The notes under the pieces were generated by a model. It made no database searches. It had not been told where the DNA came from and saw only the letters and a program-made list of their open reading frames with translations. The position numbers and the translations under genes are program-made. Positions 50,174 through 60,470 of a DNA stretch of 64,000 bases are shown piece by piece. The stretch's first letter is position 1; every line of letters begins with the position of its first letter. This DNA is from a bacterium (GTDB lineage: Bacteria; UBA8248), in assembly GCA_963692865.2 (NCBI GenBank), contig OY843592.1, positions 32,001 to 96,000 of the forward strand, in the 5' to 3' direction.

Positions 50174-50272
50174 TTATCTCTTGGGGTAAATCCCGAAAGG
50201 ATCCTTGAGCAACACTTTCCAGGCGAAGATGAGCACCGCCAGGACCACTACGACGATCACGAACGTTTTCAT
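50174..50272 (-). CDS. Small single-TM protein (32 aa)
   Basis: MKTFVIVVVVLAVLIFAWKVLLKDPFGIYPKR* with a GGGAG SD and GC3-rich codons; below the ORF-track length cutoff. Confidence 0.55.
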   Translation of the reverse strand: MKTFVIVVVVLAVLIFAWKVLLKDPFGIYPKR

Positions 50273-50304
50273 AAAGAACCGGCTCCCCCATGAACGCGAA
50301 TAGC

Positions 50305-50381
50305 TGGTGGGTCGCCGGGGAATCGAACCCCGAACCCACGGATTAAGAGTCCGTTGCTCTGCCTAGTTGAGCTAGCGACCC
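50305..50381 (-). tRNA. tRNA-Lys(CTT)
   Basis: Cloverleaf GGGTCGC..GCGACCC, anticodon loop CT-CTT-AA, TTCGA T-loop, encoded CCA. Confidence 0.96.
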
Positions 50382-50517
50382 GATATATGAATCATCGCCG
50401 AGCGACGATAACCAAATCAGAAGTTAGCACAGGGAACTCTCATAACAAAACCGCTACGGCCTATCAACTTTTGAACATCCCGGGGCGTGACGGAATTTGA
50501 TCCCTTTGGCGCGTCAA

Positions 50518-51840
50518 CTATCTTTCCGGAATCAGTCCGCGGGGGCTGAAGCGCAGAACCACCAACAGGATCACCCCCATGACCATCAGTCGCATGTGGG
50601 CCGCGCTTTCCATCAGATGCCGGCGCAACGGACTGTCCTGTCCGAGACCCGAGGTGAGCAGGTCCATCACCCAAAGACCGATGGGTTCGGCTTCCACCCA
50701 GAAGAACCAGATGACGAAACCGCCCAGAACCGCGCCCCGGTTGTTCCCCGAACCGCCGACGATGACCATCACCCAGATGATGAAGGTGAAGCGCAGCGGC
50801 TGGTAGGAAGCGGGCGTGAACTGCCCGTCCAGGGTAGTGAGCATGGCCCCGGCGACGCCGGCCACCGCCGAACCCAGGACGAACACCTGCAGATGGCGGC
50901 TCGTGACGTCCTTGCCCATGGCGGCGGCGGCGAGTTCGTTGTCCCTGATGGCGCGCATCATCCGGCCCCACGGGGAATGGAGCGCCCGTTCGCAGAGCCA
51001 CAACAGGGTGAAGAGCACAATGGCGAACAGCCCCGCGTAGCATAATTTGACGAAGATGGAAGAAAACTCGACGGGCGATACGCCCAGACGGGCGGCCCAA
51101 TCCCGGAACCAGAGAGCCTGCTGAAGGTCGACCTCATACGGCACGGGACGCGGCAGCCCGCTCACGTTCTTCACGCCCCGGGCCAGCCAGTCTTCGTTTT
51201 TCAGCACGGCGATGATGATCTCCGAAATGCCCAGCGTGGCGATCGCCAGATAATCCGCCCTTAAACCTAAGGCGATTTTTCCGATCAGCCAGGCGACGGC
51301 GGCGGCGAGCAGCCCCCCCGCGATCCATGACAGCAGGATGGGCAACCCGAGGCCGCCCAGAAACCCGGCTTTGGTCGGGTCAACGGCCTCGATGGCTTCC
51401 ACCGCAGGGAAAAAGAACGACCGAGCGAGGAAATAGCCGCCGATGCCGATGCAGGCGACGACAACTTTTCGCGGCAGCCCGGCGGGCGCGCGTCTGGCGG
51501 CGAAAACAGCGGCCAGAATCGTCGCCAGTGAGATCGCCAGGGCGACGATGATCCCACTGCCGCCCGCTCTCCAGGCCGCCGGGACGGGCGCGACGGAGAC
51601 GAGAACCGCCGTCACCCCGCCCAAAGCCGCAAACCCCATGACGCCGATGTTGAAGAGTCCGGCGTAGCCCCATTGTATGTTGACGCCCAGCGCCATTACG
51701 GCCGATATGAGGCAGAGGTTCAGGATCGCCAGCGCCAGGGACCAGCTCTGGATCACGCCGACCACGGCCAAGGCCGCGAACATGGCGCCGAACATGCAGA
51801 CGGCGCGCACGTTCTCTCCCGTGCGGTCCGCAGGGTTCAT
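50518..51840 (-). CDS. Branched-chain amino acid ABC permease (LivM-like)
   Basis: GYAGLFNIG, LRADYLAIATLG, AIRDNELAA and VGGSGNNRG motifs. Confidence 0.9.
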   Translation of the reverse strand: MNPADRTGENVRAVCMFGAMFAALAVVGVIQSWSLALAILNLCLISAVMALGVNIQWGYAGLFNIGVMGFAALGGVTAVLVSVAPVPAAWRAGGSGIIVALAISLATILAAVFAARRAPAGLPRKVVVACIGIGGYFLARSFFFPAVEAIEAVDPTKAGFLGGLGLPILLSWIAGGLLAAAVAWLIGKIALGLRADYLAIATLGISEIIIAVLKNEDWLARGVKNVSGLPRPVPYEVDLQQALWFRDWAARLGVSPVEFSSIFVKLCYAGLFAIVLFTLLWLCERALHSPWGRMMRAIRDNELAAAAMGKDVTSRHLQVFVLGSAVAGVAGAMLTTLDGQFTPASYQPLRFTFIIWVMVIVGGSGNNRGAVLGGFVIWFFWVEAEPIGLWVMDLLTSGLGQDSPLRRHLMESAAHMRLMVMGVILLVVLRFSPRGLIPER

Positions 51841-52850
51841 GGGGCTCTCCTACCGAAAATGCCGGTGGGCCGAAGCAACAAGACCAGCACCAGAATGACG
51901 AAGGAAACCGCGAACTTGTAATCGGTGGACAACAGTTGCACCAACCCTTGCGGCGCCCAGTCTCCGGGCGCGAGATAGGCGACGAATTTCCTGTAGGCAT
52001 AGGTAAGCCCGACTTCGGAGAAGGCGATGGTGAAGCCGCCGGCGATCGCGCCCAGCGGGTTGCCCAGTCCGCCGACGATGGCGGCGGCGAAGATGGGCAG
52101 CAGAAGGTGGAAATAGGTGAACGGCTTGAAACTCTTGTCCAGGCCATACAGGACGCCGGCGGTGGTGGCGAGCGCCGCGGCGATGATCCAGGTGGTCCGC
52201 ACGACCCGTTCCGGATCGATCCCCGAGAGCAGGGCCAGGTCCTCGTTGTCGGAATAAGCGCGCATGGATTTGCCTGCGCGCGTGCGGTTCAGAAACGAGA
52301 AAAGCGCCGCCACCACGATGACGGCCGTCAGGATGGTCAGCCCCTGTGTGGTCTTGAAGGCGACGCCTTCGCTCAAACCGCTCAGGCGCTTGAAAGCCGG
52401 CGCCGTGATGATGAAGCGCTCCCCATCGACGAACCACCGATCGGCGGGCCCGATGATGAAGCGCACCAGGCTGTTGTAGACGAACATCACCCCGACCGAA
52501 ACGATCATCAACACCTCGGGCTTCGCCTTCACCCGGCGATAGAAGCGATACACCCAGCGATCGAGCAACAGGCAAAGGGAGATCGTGCAGAGGACGCCGA
52601 ACGGCAGGGCCAGCAGCGCGGTCGGCAGCGGGAAAATGGAAACGCCCCAATGCTGGAACACCCAGGTGAGCAGGATGGTCGCCATGGCCCCGAAGGCCAT
52701 GGTGTCGCCCTGGGCGAAGTCCGAAAAGCGCAAGATGGCGTATATCAGGGTGACGGCCAGAGCGCCGAGCGCCAACTGGCTGCCGTACGCCATGGCGGGA
52801 ACGATAACGAAATTCGACAGCAGGAGCAGCGCGTTCAGGATGCCGTCCAT
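51837..52850 (-). CDS. Branched-chain amino acid ABC permease (LivH-like)
   Basis: FAQGD, GKSMRA.SDN..LA..SGI, GGLGNP.GA and RPTGIFG motifs. Confidence 0.9.
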   Translation of the reverse strand: MDGILNALLLLSNFVIVPAMAYGSQLALGALAVTLIYAILRFSDFAQGDTMAFGAMATILLTWVFQHWGVSIFPLPTALLALPFGVLCTISLCLLLDRWVYRFYRRVKAKPEVLMIVSVGVMFVYNSLVRFIIGPADRWFVDGERFIITAPAFKRLSGLSEGVAFKTTQGLTILTAVIVVAALFSFLNRTRAGKSMRAYSDNEDLALLSGIDPERVVRTTWIIAAALATTAGVLYGLDKSFKPFTYFHLLLPIFAAAIVGGLGNPLGAIAGGFTIAFSEVGLTYAYRKFVAYLAPGDWAPQGLVQLLSTDYKFAVSFVILVLVLLLRPTGIFGRRAP

Positions 52851-52854
52851 CGCC

Positions 52855-53571
52855 TCATCCGCCCAGAAACGCCCGGCGGACTTCCGTGTTCATCATCAGG
52901 GCCGGGCCGGTGTCGGTATAGCGGTTCCGCCCCTGCACCAGCACGTAGCCCCTGTCGGCGATGCTCAGCGCCTGGCGGGCGTTCTGCTCCACCATCAGAA
53001 TGGCGACGCCGTCGCCCGCGATGTAGAGGATCCGCTCGAACAACTCGGTCATCACGATGGGCGAGACTCCCGCCGTGGGTTCGTCGAGCATCAGCACCTT
53101 GGGCCGCGTCATGAGCGCGCGGCCCACCGCCACCTGCTGGCGCTGGCCGCCGGAAAGCTCGCCGGCGAGTTGACGGCGTTTTTCCTTGAGTACCGGGAAG
53201 AGGTCGAAAACTTGCTCCATGGTCTCCGCAATGTCGTCCTCGCGGATGAAGGCCCCCATCTCCAGGTTTTCCTCCACCGTCATGGAGGTGAAGACGTTGC
53301 CCGTTTGCGGCACCAGGCTCATGCCGCGGACGACGCGATCCTGCGGCGTCAGCCCGGTGATGTCCTCCCCTCCCAGGCGCACCGCGCCCCCGCGCACGCG
53401 CAACATGCCGAAGAGCGCCTTCATGGCCGTGGATTTGCCCGAGCCGTTGGGGCCGACGATGGCCGTGATTTCTCCGCGCCGGGCGCCGATGGTGCACCCG
53501 CGCAGAATGTCCGGCCCGCCGTAGCCGCCGGTCATGTTCTCGCCGATGAGATAATCTTCCGAATCATTCAT
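52855..53571 (-). CDS. ABC ATPase (LivF-like)
   Basis: GPNGSGKST, LSGGQRQ, LDEP and VEQN motifs. Confidence 0.92.
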   Translation of the reverse strand: MNDSEDYLIGENMTGGYGGPDILRGCTIGARRGEITAIVGPNGSGKSTAMKALFGMLRVRGGAVRLGGEDITGLTPQDRVVRGMSLVPQTGNVFTSMTVEENLEMGAFIREDDIAETMEQVFDLFPVLKEKRRQLAGELSGGQRQQVAVGRALMTRPKVLMLDEPTAGVSPIVMTELFERILYIAGDGVAILMVEQNARQALSIADRGYVLVQGRNRYTDTGPALMMNTEVRRAFLGG

Positions 53572-54355
53572 CGTCGTCGGATCGGTCCGGTTCGTCTTTG
53601 CGGCGCCCGCCCAGATAAGCCGTAATGACCTGCTCGTCGGCCTTCACCTCCTCGACGCCGCCCTGTGCGAGAATCGCGCCCTCGGCCATGACGATCACGT
53701 GATCGCAAAGGCGCGAGATGAAATCCATGTCGTGCTCTATCATGCAGAATGTATAGTTGCGCTCGCGCTGCAAACGCAGGATCGCATCGCCCAGCGTTTT
53801 GAGCAGGGTGCGGTTCACACCGGCGCCCACCTCGTCGAGAAGAACGATCCTGGCGTCGGCCATCATGGTGCGGCCCAGTTCCAGAAGCTTCTTCTGGCCG
53901 CCGGAGAGGTTCCCGGCCAGTTCGTCGGCTACCTGCGTGATTTGAAGAAACTCGACGACTTCATCGGCCTTGGCGCGAACGAGCTCTTCTTCGGAGCGCA
54001 CCTGCGCGGGCCGCAGCCAAGCGCCGATCAGGTTTTCTCCCGACTGGCCCGAGGGCGCCATCATGAGGTTTTCGCGCACCGTCAGGGTGGGGAATTCCTG
54101 CGCGATCTGAAAGGTGCGCAACATGCCCATGGCGCACAATTCATGAGGTTTGAGACCGGTGACGTCCGCTCCGTCCAGATAGACGCTGCCCGACGTCGGA
54201 CGGTAAACCCCCGCGATGACGTTGAACAGCGTGGTCTTGCCCGCACCGTTGGGGCCGATGAGACCCGTGATGCGGCCGCCGTCGATGGAGAGGGAAACGC
54301 CATCGACGGCGCGAATGCCGCCAAAGTGCATGTGCAGATCAACAACCGAGATCAT
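53564..54355 (-). CDS. ABC ATPase (LivG-like)
   Basis: GPNGAGKTT, RTFQ, LSGGQ, IEHDM and AYLG motifs. Confidence 0.92.
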   Translation of the reverse strand: MISVVDLHMHFGGIRAVDGVSLSIDGGRITGLIGPNGAGKTTLFNVIAGVYRPTSGSVYLDGADVTGLKPHELCAMGMLRTFQIAQEFPTLTVRENLMMAPSGQSGENLIGAWLRPAQVRSEEELVRAKADEVVEFLQITQVADELAGNLSGGQKKLLELGRTMMADARIVLLDEVGAGVNRTLLKTLGDAILRLQRERNYTFCMIEHDMDFISRLCDHVIVMAEGAILAQGGVEEVKADEQVITAYLGGRRKDEPDRSDDDE

Positions 54356-54430
54356 GAAACCCACAAAGAACGCCCGGCCGCATCGTCCGGTCGTCTCCCA
54401 TGGAGCGAATCACCGACAAAACGACCCGGG

Positions 54431-55615
54431 CTAGCGGTACCGCGCGGTGGTGATCTTCCCGCCCTTCACGAGTATCTCGCGGTAGTTGCCCGCGCTTTCG
54501 CCGGGGCCTATCAGTTCGACCGCCGAAGCGCCCACGTAATCGACGTCGCCGCCCTTGGCGATAATCTTGAGCGCCTTGGCCAGCTCACCGGGATAAATCT
54601 TCTCGCCCGGCGCATTGGCGACCATCATCACCTTGTCCTTGAGTTTCATGCTCTTGCTGGAGCCGGCCGCCTGCATGGCCAGTAGAATCAAGGCCGCGGC
54701 GTCATAGGATTCGGGCACGAACGGGGTGCCCCCCTTGAAGCCCGCCTTCTTTGCCAACGCTCCGAGCTTCGCGGCGCCCGGGCTGTCCGTGCCGGGAACG
54801 GTGCCGAAAGAACCATCGAGCGCTTTGCCGATGGCCTTCGGCAGGCTTTCGCCGATCATGCCGTCGGGCAGTACGAAGGTCTTGAACGCGCCGGTATCGA
54901 CCGCCGCCCGGATGACGCCCTTGCCGCCCTGGTCCACGTAACCAGCGACGATCAGAACGTCGCCGCCCGCGGCCGCGAGCGCGCCGACTTCCGCCGTGTA
55001 GTCCCCCTTCCCGTCTTCGTGCGCGGCGGAAATCGTTATCTTGCCGCCGGCCTTCTCGAAGTTGGTCTTGATGCTGTCGGCCAGACCCTTGCCGTAGTCG
55101 TTGTTGGTGTAGGTCAGAGCCGCCGACTTGACGCCCCGTTCCTTCAAAACGGCGCTGATGACCTGCCCCTGCCGGGCGTCGGAGGGAGCGGTGCGGAAAA
55201 ACAGGCCGTTGTCCTTGATGGTGGAAAGGGCCGGCGAAGTCGCCGAGGGGGAGATCATCACGACCCCGTTGGGCAGGGCCACGCTTTTCAGCATGGCGAT
55301 GGTGACGCCCGAACAATCCCCGCCGACGATGGCGTTGACCTTATCGGACGTGACCAGACGCTCGGCCGCCGCCCTGGCGGCCGCGGAATCGGTGCAGGTG
55401 GTGTCGCCGCGCACCGAAACCACCTTGGCGCCGCCCAGGAGGGCGCCGCTGTCGCTGACTTCCTTGATCGCCAACTCGGCGCCCTTGGCCATACCCGGCG
55501 TCAGGGATTCAATGGGGCCCGTATAACCGAACAGGACGCCCAACTTGACGGTTTCCGCGCCGGCCGCCGCACTTGCGAGTAAAACCAAAGCCATCGCAAC
55601 AAGTAGTTTTTTCAT
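54431..55615 (-). CDS. Periplasmic substrate-binding protein (LivJ/K-like)
   Basis: Signal peptide MKKLLVAMALVLLASAAAGA; SPSATSP, FRTAPSD, NNDYG and YDAA motifs. Confidence 0.9.
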   Translation of the reverse strand: MKKLLVAMALVLLASAAAGAETVKLGVLFGYTGPIESLTPGMAKGAELAIKEVSDSGALLGGAKVVSVRGDTTCTDSAAARAAAERLVTSDKVNAIVGGDCSGVTIAMLKSVALPNGVVMISPSATSPALSTIKDNGLFFRTAPSDARQGQVISAVLKERGVKSAALTYTNNDYGKGLADSIKTNFEKAGGKITISAAHEDGKGDYTAEVGALAAAGGDVLIVAGYVDQGGKGVIRAAVDTGAFKTFVLPDGMIGESLPKAIGKALDGSFGTVPGTDSPGAAKLGALAKKAGFKGGTPFVPESYDAAALILLAMQAAGSSKSMKLKDKVMMVANAPGEKIYPGELAKALKIIAKGGDVDYVGASAVELIGPGESAGNYREILVKGGKITTARYR

Positions 55616-55955
55616 TGCTCGTCTCCTATACGGTCGGGTCATGGTTGTGAATATGGCGGCGCTCCTAACCTTCAACGTGAATGAAACCAAATTATACATG
55701 AATACAAATCCGGGAATCGACGAAATTCTTACGGAGAATCAATGAAATTCTTATAAGCAAGCGATTTCACGCGAAGAGCGCACCGGGTGGGGGATTGCTG
55801 TCTCTTTCGTATTAGGCGTATGGAATTTTCAAGGGGATCCGTTTCAGCGCTCGTTCTTCAGAACGCGGGAACGACAACCAGGACGGCAGGAGAGCGGGGC
55901 CGGCGCCTTCCTGCGCCTGCATCCTGTGGAGGGAAGATGCTCCCCGGTTTTCGAA

Positions 55956-56032
55956 TGGCACGCCCGGTAGGACTCGAACCTACAACCTTCGGATCCGAAG
56001 TCCGACGCTCTATCCAATTGAGCTACGGGCGC
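55956..56032 (-). tRNA. tRNA-Arg(TCG)
   Basis: Cloverleaf, anticodon loop CT-TCG-GA, CCA end. Confidence 0.95.
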
Positions 56033-56090
56033 GCGATATCCGTCGGTCTTGTTCGGAAGCCGGCTTCCGAACAAGAATGCGTAAACGCCG

Positions 56091-56167
56091 TGGGGTGAGT
56101 GAGGGGATTTGAACCCCCGACCTCCGGGGCCACAACCCGGCGCTCTAACCACTGAGCTACACCCACC
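56091..56167 (-). tRNA. tRNA-His(GTG)
   Basis: Cloverleaf with G-1, anticodon loop TT-GTG-GC, discriminator C and CCA. Confidence 0.96.
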
Positions 56168-56235
56168 ATGCCTTCATTCCTCTCCCCCGCGGTGGCCTCG
56201 CATACGGGGAGAAGGGCGACGCGATTTCCCAAAAA

Positions 56236-56312
<77 letters not shown>

Positions 56313-56686
56313 CCGCCTCGGCGACTTTTCCGTGGCGACCCATTCGCAGGCGCCGATTTTCCGCCTGAAAGGCAAAAGAAAGTATCATAAATCGAGATCG
56401 TCAACAACGCTTGGTCGAGGGAGCACCACCCTGCGCGAGCGGCATCGGTTCAAAAAGAACGGCTCTTCGTCCGGCGGGTGCGGGGAGACGTCCGGGACGA
56501 TTACGCGGACGGATAAACCAGAAAAGCGCGCGCATAGGGCCTCCCGGCCCCGCCCCGCGAGCGCCCCCTTCTCCCCATTTTTTTAGATTGAGCGGTTCAG
56601 TATAAGGAAACCACCGGAAATGTCCAGCACCCTCGGGAGACGCCCCGACAACACGCATCGGGAGCGACCACCGGCGAAGCGGGAAC

Positions 56687-57577
56687 CTACTCCCCCTCGA
56701 AGGGTTTCCTGCGCACCCTGCCCTCGCCCACCAGGGCCGCCTTCATGAGGAGAACCAGCGTGTTGGTCCGGGGAATGAGGTGGATGAAGCGATCGAGTTT
56801 CTGATCGATCACGTCGATCTCGCCCTCGGAAAGCCCCAGCGCCGCCGCGCGCTCCCTGCCCAGTTCGACGGCGAAGGGAAACTCCTGCGCGGCCGCCGCC
56901 GCCGCTCCTTGCGCCTGGGTGACGGTGATCCGGTAGCCCGCCTTCGCCATCTCTTCTTTCAAGAACGGCCACACGCGCTCCAGGAAGGCGGGATGATGCC
57001 CGAGGGCGCGCCAGACGCTGCCCAGCCCTCCGGTCGCCTCGCTAATCTCTCGATAGAGGGCGGCCAGAGAATCATCGACGGCCGCCGGGTCGACCAGGCT
57101 CCCGGCGCGCATCGAGGCGGGCGGCCCGGTGGGCAGCGCATCGGTGTCCGCCTCAGAACCCGGGCGGACGCCGCCTATCTTCATGCCGTTGAGCGCGCCC
57201 TTGAGCGCCGCCGCGAGAATGAGGTTCTTGGGATTCGCGTCGTTGTATACGTCCAGGACGCCATCGACCGCGTCGATGTCCTCGGGTGAGTAGCCGCAGT
57301 CGTCTTCCAGTTCTTCGCCCACGTCGGGCACGTCGGGTGGCAGGGGCGGGGCCATCCGCATCCTGAGGTTGTCCGCGCAGCGCTCGAAATAGGCGATGGA
57401 GGCGTTGGGTCTGAGCGCGTCCCAGGCCGCGCAGAAGTAATCCTCATGCACCGCGAGGGTGCGGTAGATCAGGTTCACCTGCGTGCTGCGGAGCACCCGG
57501 CGCATGTCTTCATAAATCGCCGCGACTCTTCCCGCGGCGCGATCTTCGGTGATCTCATCAAGAGCGATGGGCTTCAT
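56687..57577 (-). CDS. DehI-family (group I alpha-haloacid dehalogenase-like) protein
   Basis: Two internal repeats IYEDMRRVLR..VNLIYRTLA...AWDALRP and LYREI...VWRALGHHPAFLERVW. Confidence 0.7.
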   Translation of the reverse strand: MKPIALDEITEDRAAGRVAAIYEDMRRVLRSTQVNLIYRTLAVHEDYFCAAWDALRPNASIAYFERCADNLRMRMAPPLPPDVPDVGEELEDDCGYSPEDIDAVDGVLDVYNDANPKNLILAAALKGALNGMKIGGVRPGSEADTDALPTGPPASMRAGSLVDPAAVDDSLAALYREISEATGGLGSVWRALGHHPAFLERVWPFLKEEMAKAGYRITVTQAQGAAAAAAQEFPFAVELGRERAAALGLSEGEIDVIDQKLDRFIHLIPRTNTLVLLMKAALVGEGRVRRKPFEGE

Positions 57578-57727
57578 AATTTCCTCTTCAAGGCCTCCAA
57601 GACGAAAAACAGGGCAGCGGCCCGGTGAGGCGCTGAAATAACCGCCCAGAGTATAGGGGTGGCGATGGGATGGAACAAGCCGGTCTCGCCCCGAAACCCG
57701 TTGTCTTCAAGAAAGCAGAAAAAACCC

Positions 57728-57772
57728 TTGACAGAAAAATTGAATGGCAATATATTTGATTTATTCAAATAT
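57728..57772 (+). promoter_or_regulatory. Sigma70 promoter with overlapping palindromic MarR-type operator
   Basis: TTGACA-N17-TATATT (57728-57756) and ATATTTGA-N5-TCAAATAT (57752-57772). Confidence 0.75.
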
Positions 57773-57873
57773 TGATATTCGACATATTTGACGAACATTA
57801 CAAAAACATCGCTTGGCGCAAGGAATCAGCCAAGAGGATTCGGGAACAAAAACATAGAGGAGTTGAGAACGGA

Positions 57874-58359
57874 ATGAACACCACACCACAAACCTGCTGC
57901 GAAGGCGCAGCGCTGGAAACCCACGACCTCGGCGCGCGTCTTCACGTGGCGCTCGATAATCTCTTTCACCAGAAAAAACCCGCCGATAGAGAGGCGGTGT
58001 GCTGCCACGACATCACCCACAATCAATGGACGCTCCTCCACATGCTCGCGGACGCGGAAGCGGGGCCCCTCCCCATGGGGGTCATCGCCAGGCGAATGCG
58101 GCTCACTCCGAGCGGGGTGACGCGCTGCGCGGACCCCCTCGTCGAGCGCGGGCTGATCGAGCGCTGCATGAAGGAAGGAGACCGCCGCGTATGCTGTCTG
58201 GTACTGAGCGAGGCCGGCGCGGCGCTTCATGCCACCATCTCGCAAGACTGCGCGATCGAGGACGGCGCGCTTCTGGACGCTTTTCCCCCCGAGGAACAAG
58301 AAGAGATAGTTCGCGCGATAGAAAAACTCGCGCGCGCCGCCAAGGAGTTATCTTCATGA
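57874..58359 (+). CDS. MarR-family regulator with three vicinal Cys pairs (putative arsenic/metal sensor)
   Basis: wHTH LTPSGVTR...LVERGLIER...DRR; TCC, VCC and VCC pairs. Confidence 0.82.
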   Translation: MNTTPQTCCEGAALETHDLGARLHVALDNLFHQKKPADREAVCCHDITHNQWTLLHMLADAEAGPLPMGVIARRMRLTPSGVTRCADPLVERGLIERCMKEGDRRVCCLVLSEAGAALHATISQDCAIEDGALLDAFPPEEQEEIVRAIEKLARAAKELSS

Positions 58360-59453
58360 TCACCGAAGTGAAAACGGCCCCTGCTTCCGACGGCCCCGCA
58401 TCCCCGGCCGAGGACGCTTCTTGTTGCGAGCCTGCGCCAAAATTCAGGTGGACTTCCCCCTACCTGTGGAGCTCCATTTCCTTGAGTGTGCTGTTGGCGC
58501 TCATCCTGTGGGCGGGAGCGGAACGAGAGATTTCCGCCGAGATCCTCGCCGTCGAGATCAAACGGAATCTCCTCTTTATGCTGAACAGCTTCCGGGGCAT
58601 CGCGCCCTTTTTCCTGTTGAGCGTGGGGGTCTCGGCGTGGGTCACCGTCGCCGGATACGCGGACAAGATAAAAACGGTGTTCGACAAGCGCCAGGGCATG
58701 GCCATCGTCGGCGCATCGGCCGTGGGCGCCGTGGTTCCGTTCTGCTCCTGCGGCGTCATCCCCCTGATAGCCGCCATGCTGGCAAGCGGCGTGCCCCTGG
58801 GGCCCGTGATGGCCTTCTGGATGAGTTCGCCCCTCATGAGCCCCGAAAAATTCGTGCTGACGGCGGGCGTTCTGGGCACGGACTACGCCGTCGCGCGGCT
58901 CGTCAGCGCGGTCGTCCTGGGCGCAGGCGCGGGCTACGCCACCTATCTCATCGGACGGGGCGGCAGGCTCGATGGCGAACTGAGGAGCATCGTCGCGCCT
59001 AGAAATCGAGAAAACCAGAATGACACCAGAATGCCGAGGCCGTCTCTGGGCGGCTTCGCCATCCAGGCGAGGAGCGTTGGACTTTACCTCGCCAAATGGC
59101 TGGCCGTGGCGTTTTTCCTGGAAGCGCTCATCGTCCACTACGTCGACCCCGCGTGGATAGGCGCGATACTCGGCTCGGACAACCCCTGGTCGATTCCCCT
59201 GGCGAGTGCGGTGGGAATACCGCTCTACACCTCGGGCGTCGCCGCGATTCCCATCACCAAGGGGCTCATCGCCGCAGGCATGGGCGGGGGCGCGGCGATG
59301 GCGTTTCTCATCGCGGGTCCCGTCACGTGCGTCCCCGCCATGGCCGGCGTGTGGGCGCTGGTGAAACGAAAAATTCTTGCCATCTACCTGGCGGGCGGCA
59401 TACTGGGTTCGCTGGTTGCGGGATACGCTTTCCAGTTTCTCGTCCGGTTATAA
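58356..59453 (+). CDS. ArsP/DUF318-family permease
   Basis: PFCSCGVIP, MAFWMSSPL, GIPLY and AFLIAGP motifs; ATGA overlap with marR. Confidence 0.85.
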   Translation: MITEVKTAPASDGPASPAEDASCCEPAPKFRWTSPYLWSSISLSVLLALILWAGAEREISAEILAVEIKRNLLFMLNSFRGIAPFFLLSVGVSAWVTVAGYADKIKTVFDKRQGMAIVGASAVGAVVPFCSCGVIPLIAAMLASGVPLGPVMAFWMSSPLMSPEKFVLTAGVLGTDYAVARLVSAVVLGAGAGYATYLIGRGGRLDGELRSIVAPRNRENQNDTRMPRPSLGGFAIQARSVGLYLAKWLAVAFFLEALIVHYVDPAWIGAILGSDNPWSIPLASAVGIPLYTSGVAAIPITKGLIAAGMGGGAAMAFLIAGPVTCVPAMAGVWALVKRKILAIYLAGGILGSLVAGYAFQFLVRL

Positions 59454-59588
59454 GATTCAAGGCCCCCGGCCTCGGGGGTCTGCGCATCTCCTCCCGGGAA
59501 ATCCCCCTGCGCCTCTCGACAAGATGCGCGCGCAGTCGTAACCTCCGGGAAAATTTATGAAACAACCTCACCCTGGAGACATGCGAAA

Positions 59589-60446
59589 ATGCCGATATCC
59601 CTTCACGCCGCTGAATACTCCGAACCCAGCCGCATGAGCGTGGGCTACGTCATCACCACGCCCGAGGTGCGCTCGCCCCTGATGCCGGGCGTACGCGGGG
59701 ATTTCGGCGAGAATCTGGGCGTCCTCAAGGATCTGGGCTACGACACGCTCGAAGTCGCCATGCGCGACCCGGAGGACCCAGACGCCCAGGGGGTGGGGGC
59801 GGAAATCGCCCGCTCGGGCCTTTCGGTGACGATGATAGGCTCGGCCCCCAGCGAACTTCAGGACGGGGTGATGATGTGCCACCCCGATGCCCAAGTTCGA
59901 GAAGCAGGCGCGGCCCGGCTGCGCTCTCTGATCGATGCGGGCGAGAAACTCGGCGCCTTGGGCGTGAACATCGGCCGCTTCCGCGGCACGTGCATCCCGG
60001 GCGAGATGTGGGAGACCTCGAACGGATGGATGCGCGACGCGATGACCGCAGGAGCCGACTACGCCGCCGCGCGGGGCATGAAGATATACATCGAGCCCTA
60101 CAACCGCTACGAGACGAACTTCATCAACACCGTGCGCCAGGGGATGGAATACGTGAAGGAGGAGAACCACGCAGGCCTCGCGCTGATGATAGACAGCTGC
60201 TGGATGAATTCCGAGGACGCCTCCATACCCGGAGCCGTCTTCGCCGCGCGCGAGTGGATAGAATACGTGCACGTGGCCGATTCCACGCGCGGCTATCCGG
60301 GTTCGGCCCACATCCACTTCGGCGACTTCATCCGCGCGCTCCGCGAGATCGGTTACGAGGGCGTGCTATCGGTGCAGATCGACCAGAAACCCGCCTTCCG
60401 GGTCGCGGCGGAGCGGAGCATCACGCTGCTCAGGTGTTTTTTGTAG
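59589..60446 (+). CDS. Sugar phosphate isomerase/epimerase (xylose-isomerase-like TIM barrel)
   Basis: IEPYNRYETNFINT, HVADSTRGYPG and ALREIGYEG motifs. Confidence 0.85.
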   Translation: MPISLHAAEYSEPSRMSVGYVITTPEVRSPLMPGVRGDFGENLGVLKDLGYDTLEVAMRDPEDPDAQGVGAEIARSGLSVTMIGSAPSELQDGVMMCHPDAQVREAGAARLRSLIDAGEKLGALGVNIGRFRGTCIPGEMWETSNGWMRDAMTAGADYAAARGMKIYIEPYNRYETNFINTVRQGMEYVKEENHAGLALMIDSCWMNSEDASIPGAVFAAREWIEYVHVADSTRGYPGSAHIHFGDFIRALREIGYEGVLSVQIDQKPAFRVAAERSITLLRCFL

Positions 60447-60470
60447 AGGTGGAAATGAAGGGCACACAAC

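Noticed and set aside
50108-50293. 61-aa plus-strand ORF after emrB
   Set aside because: It has no motif, and the opposite strand holds a more convincing SD-led membrane peptide.
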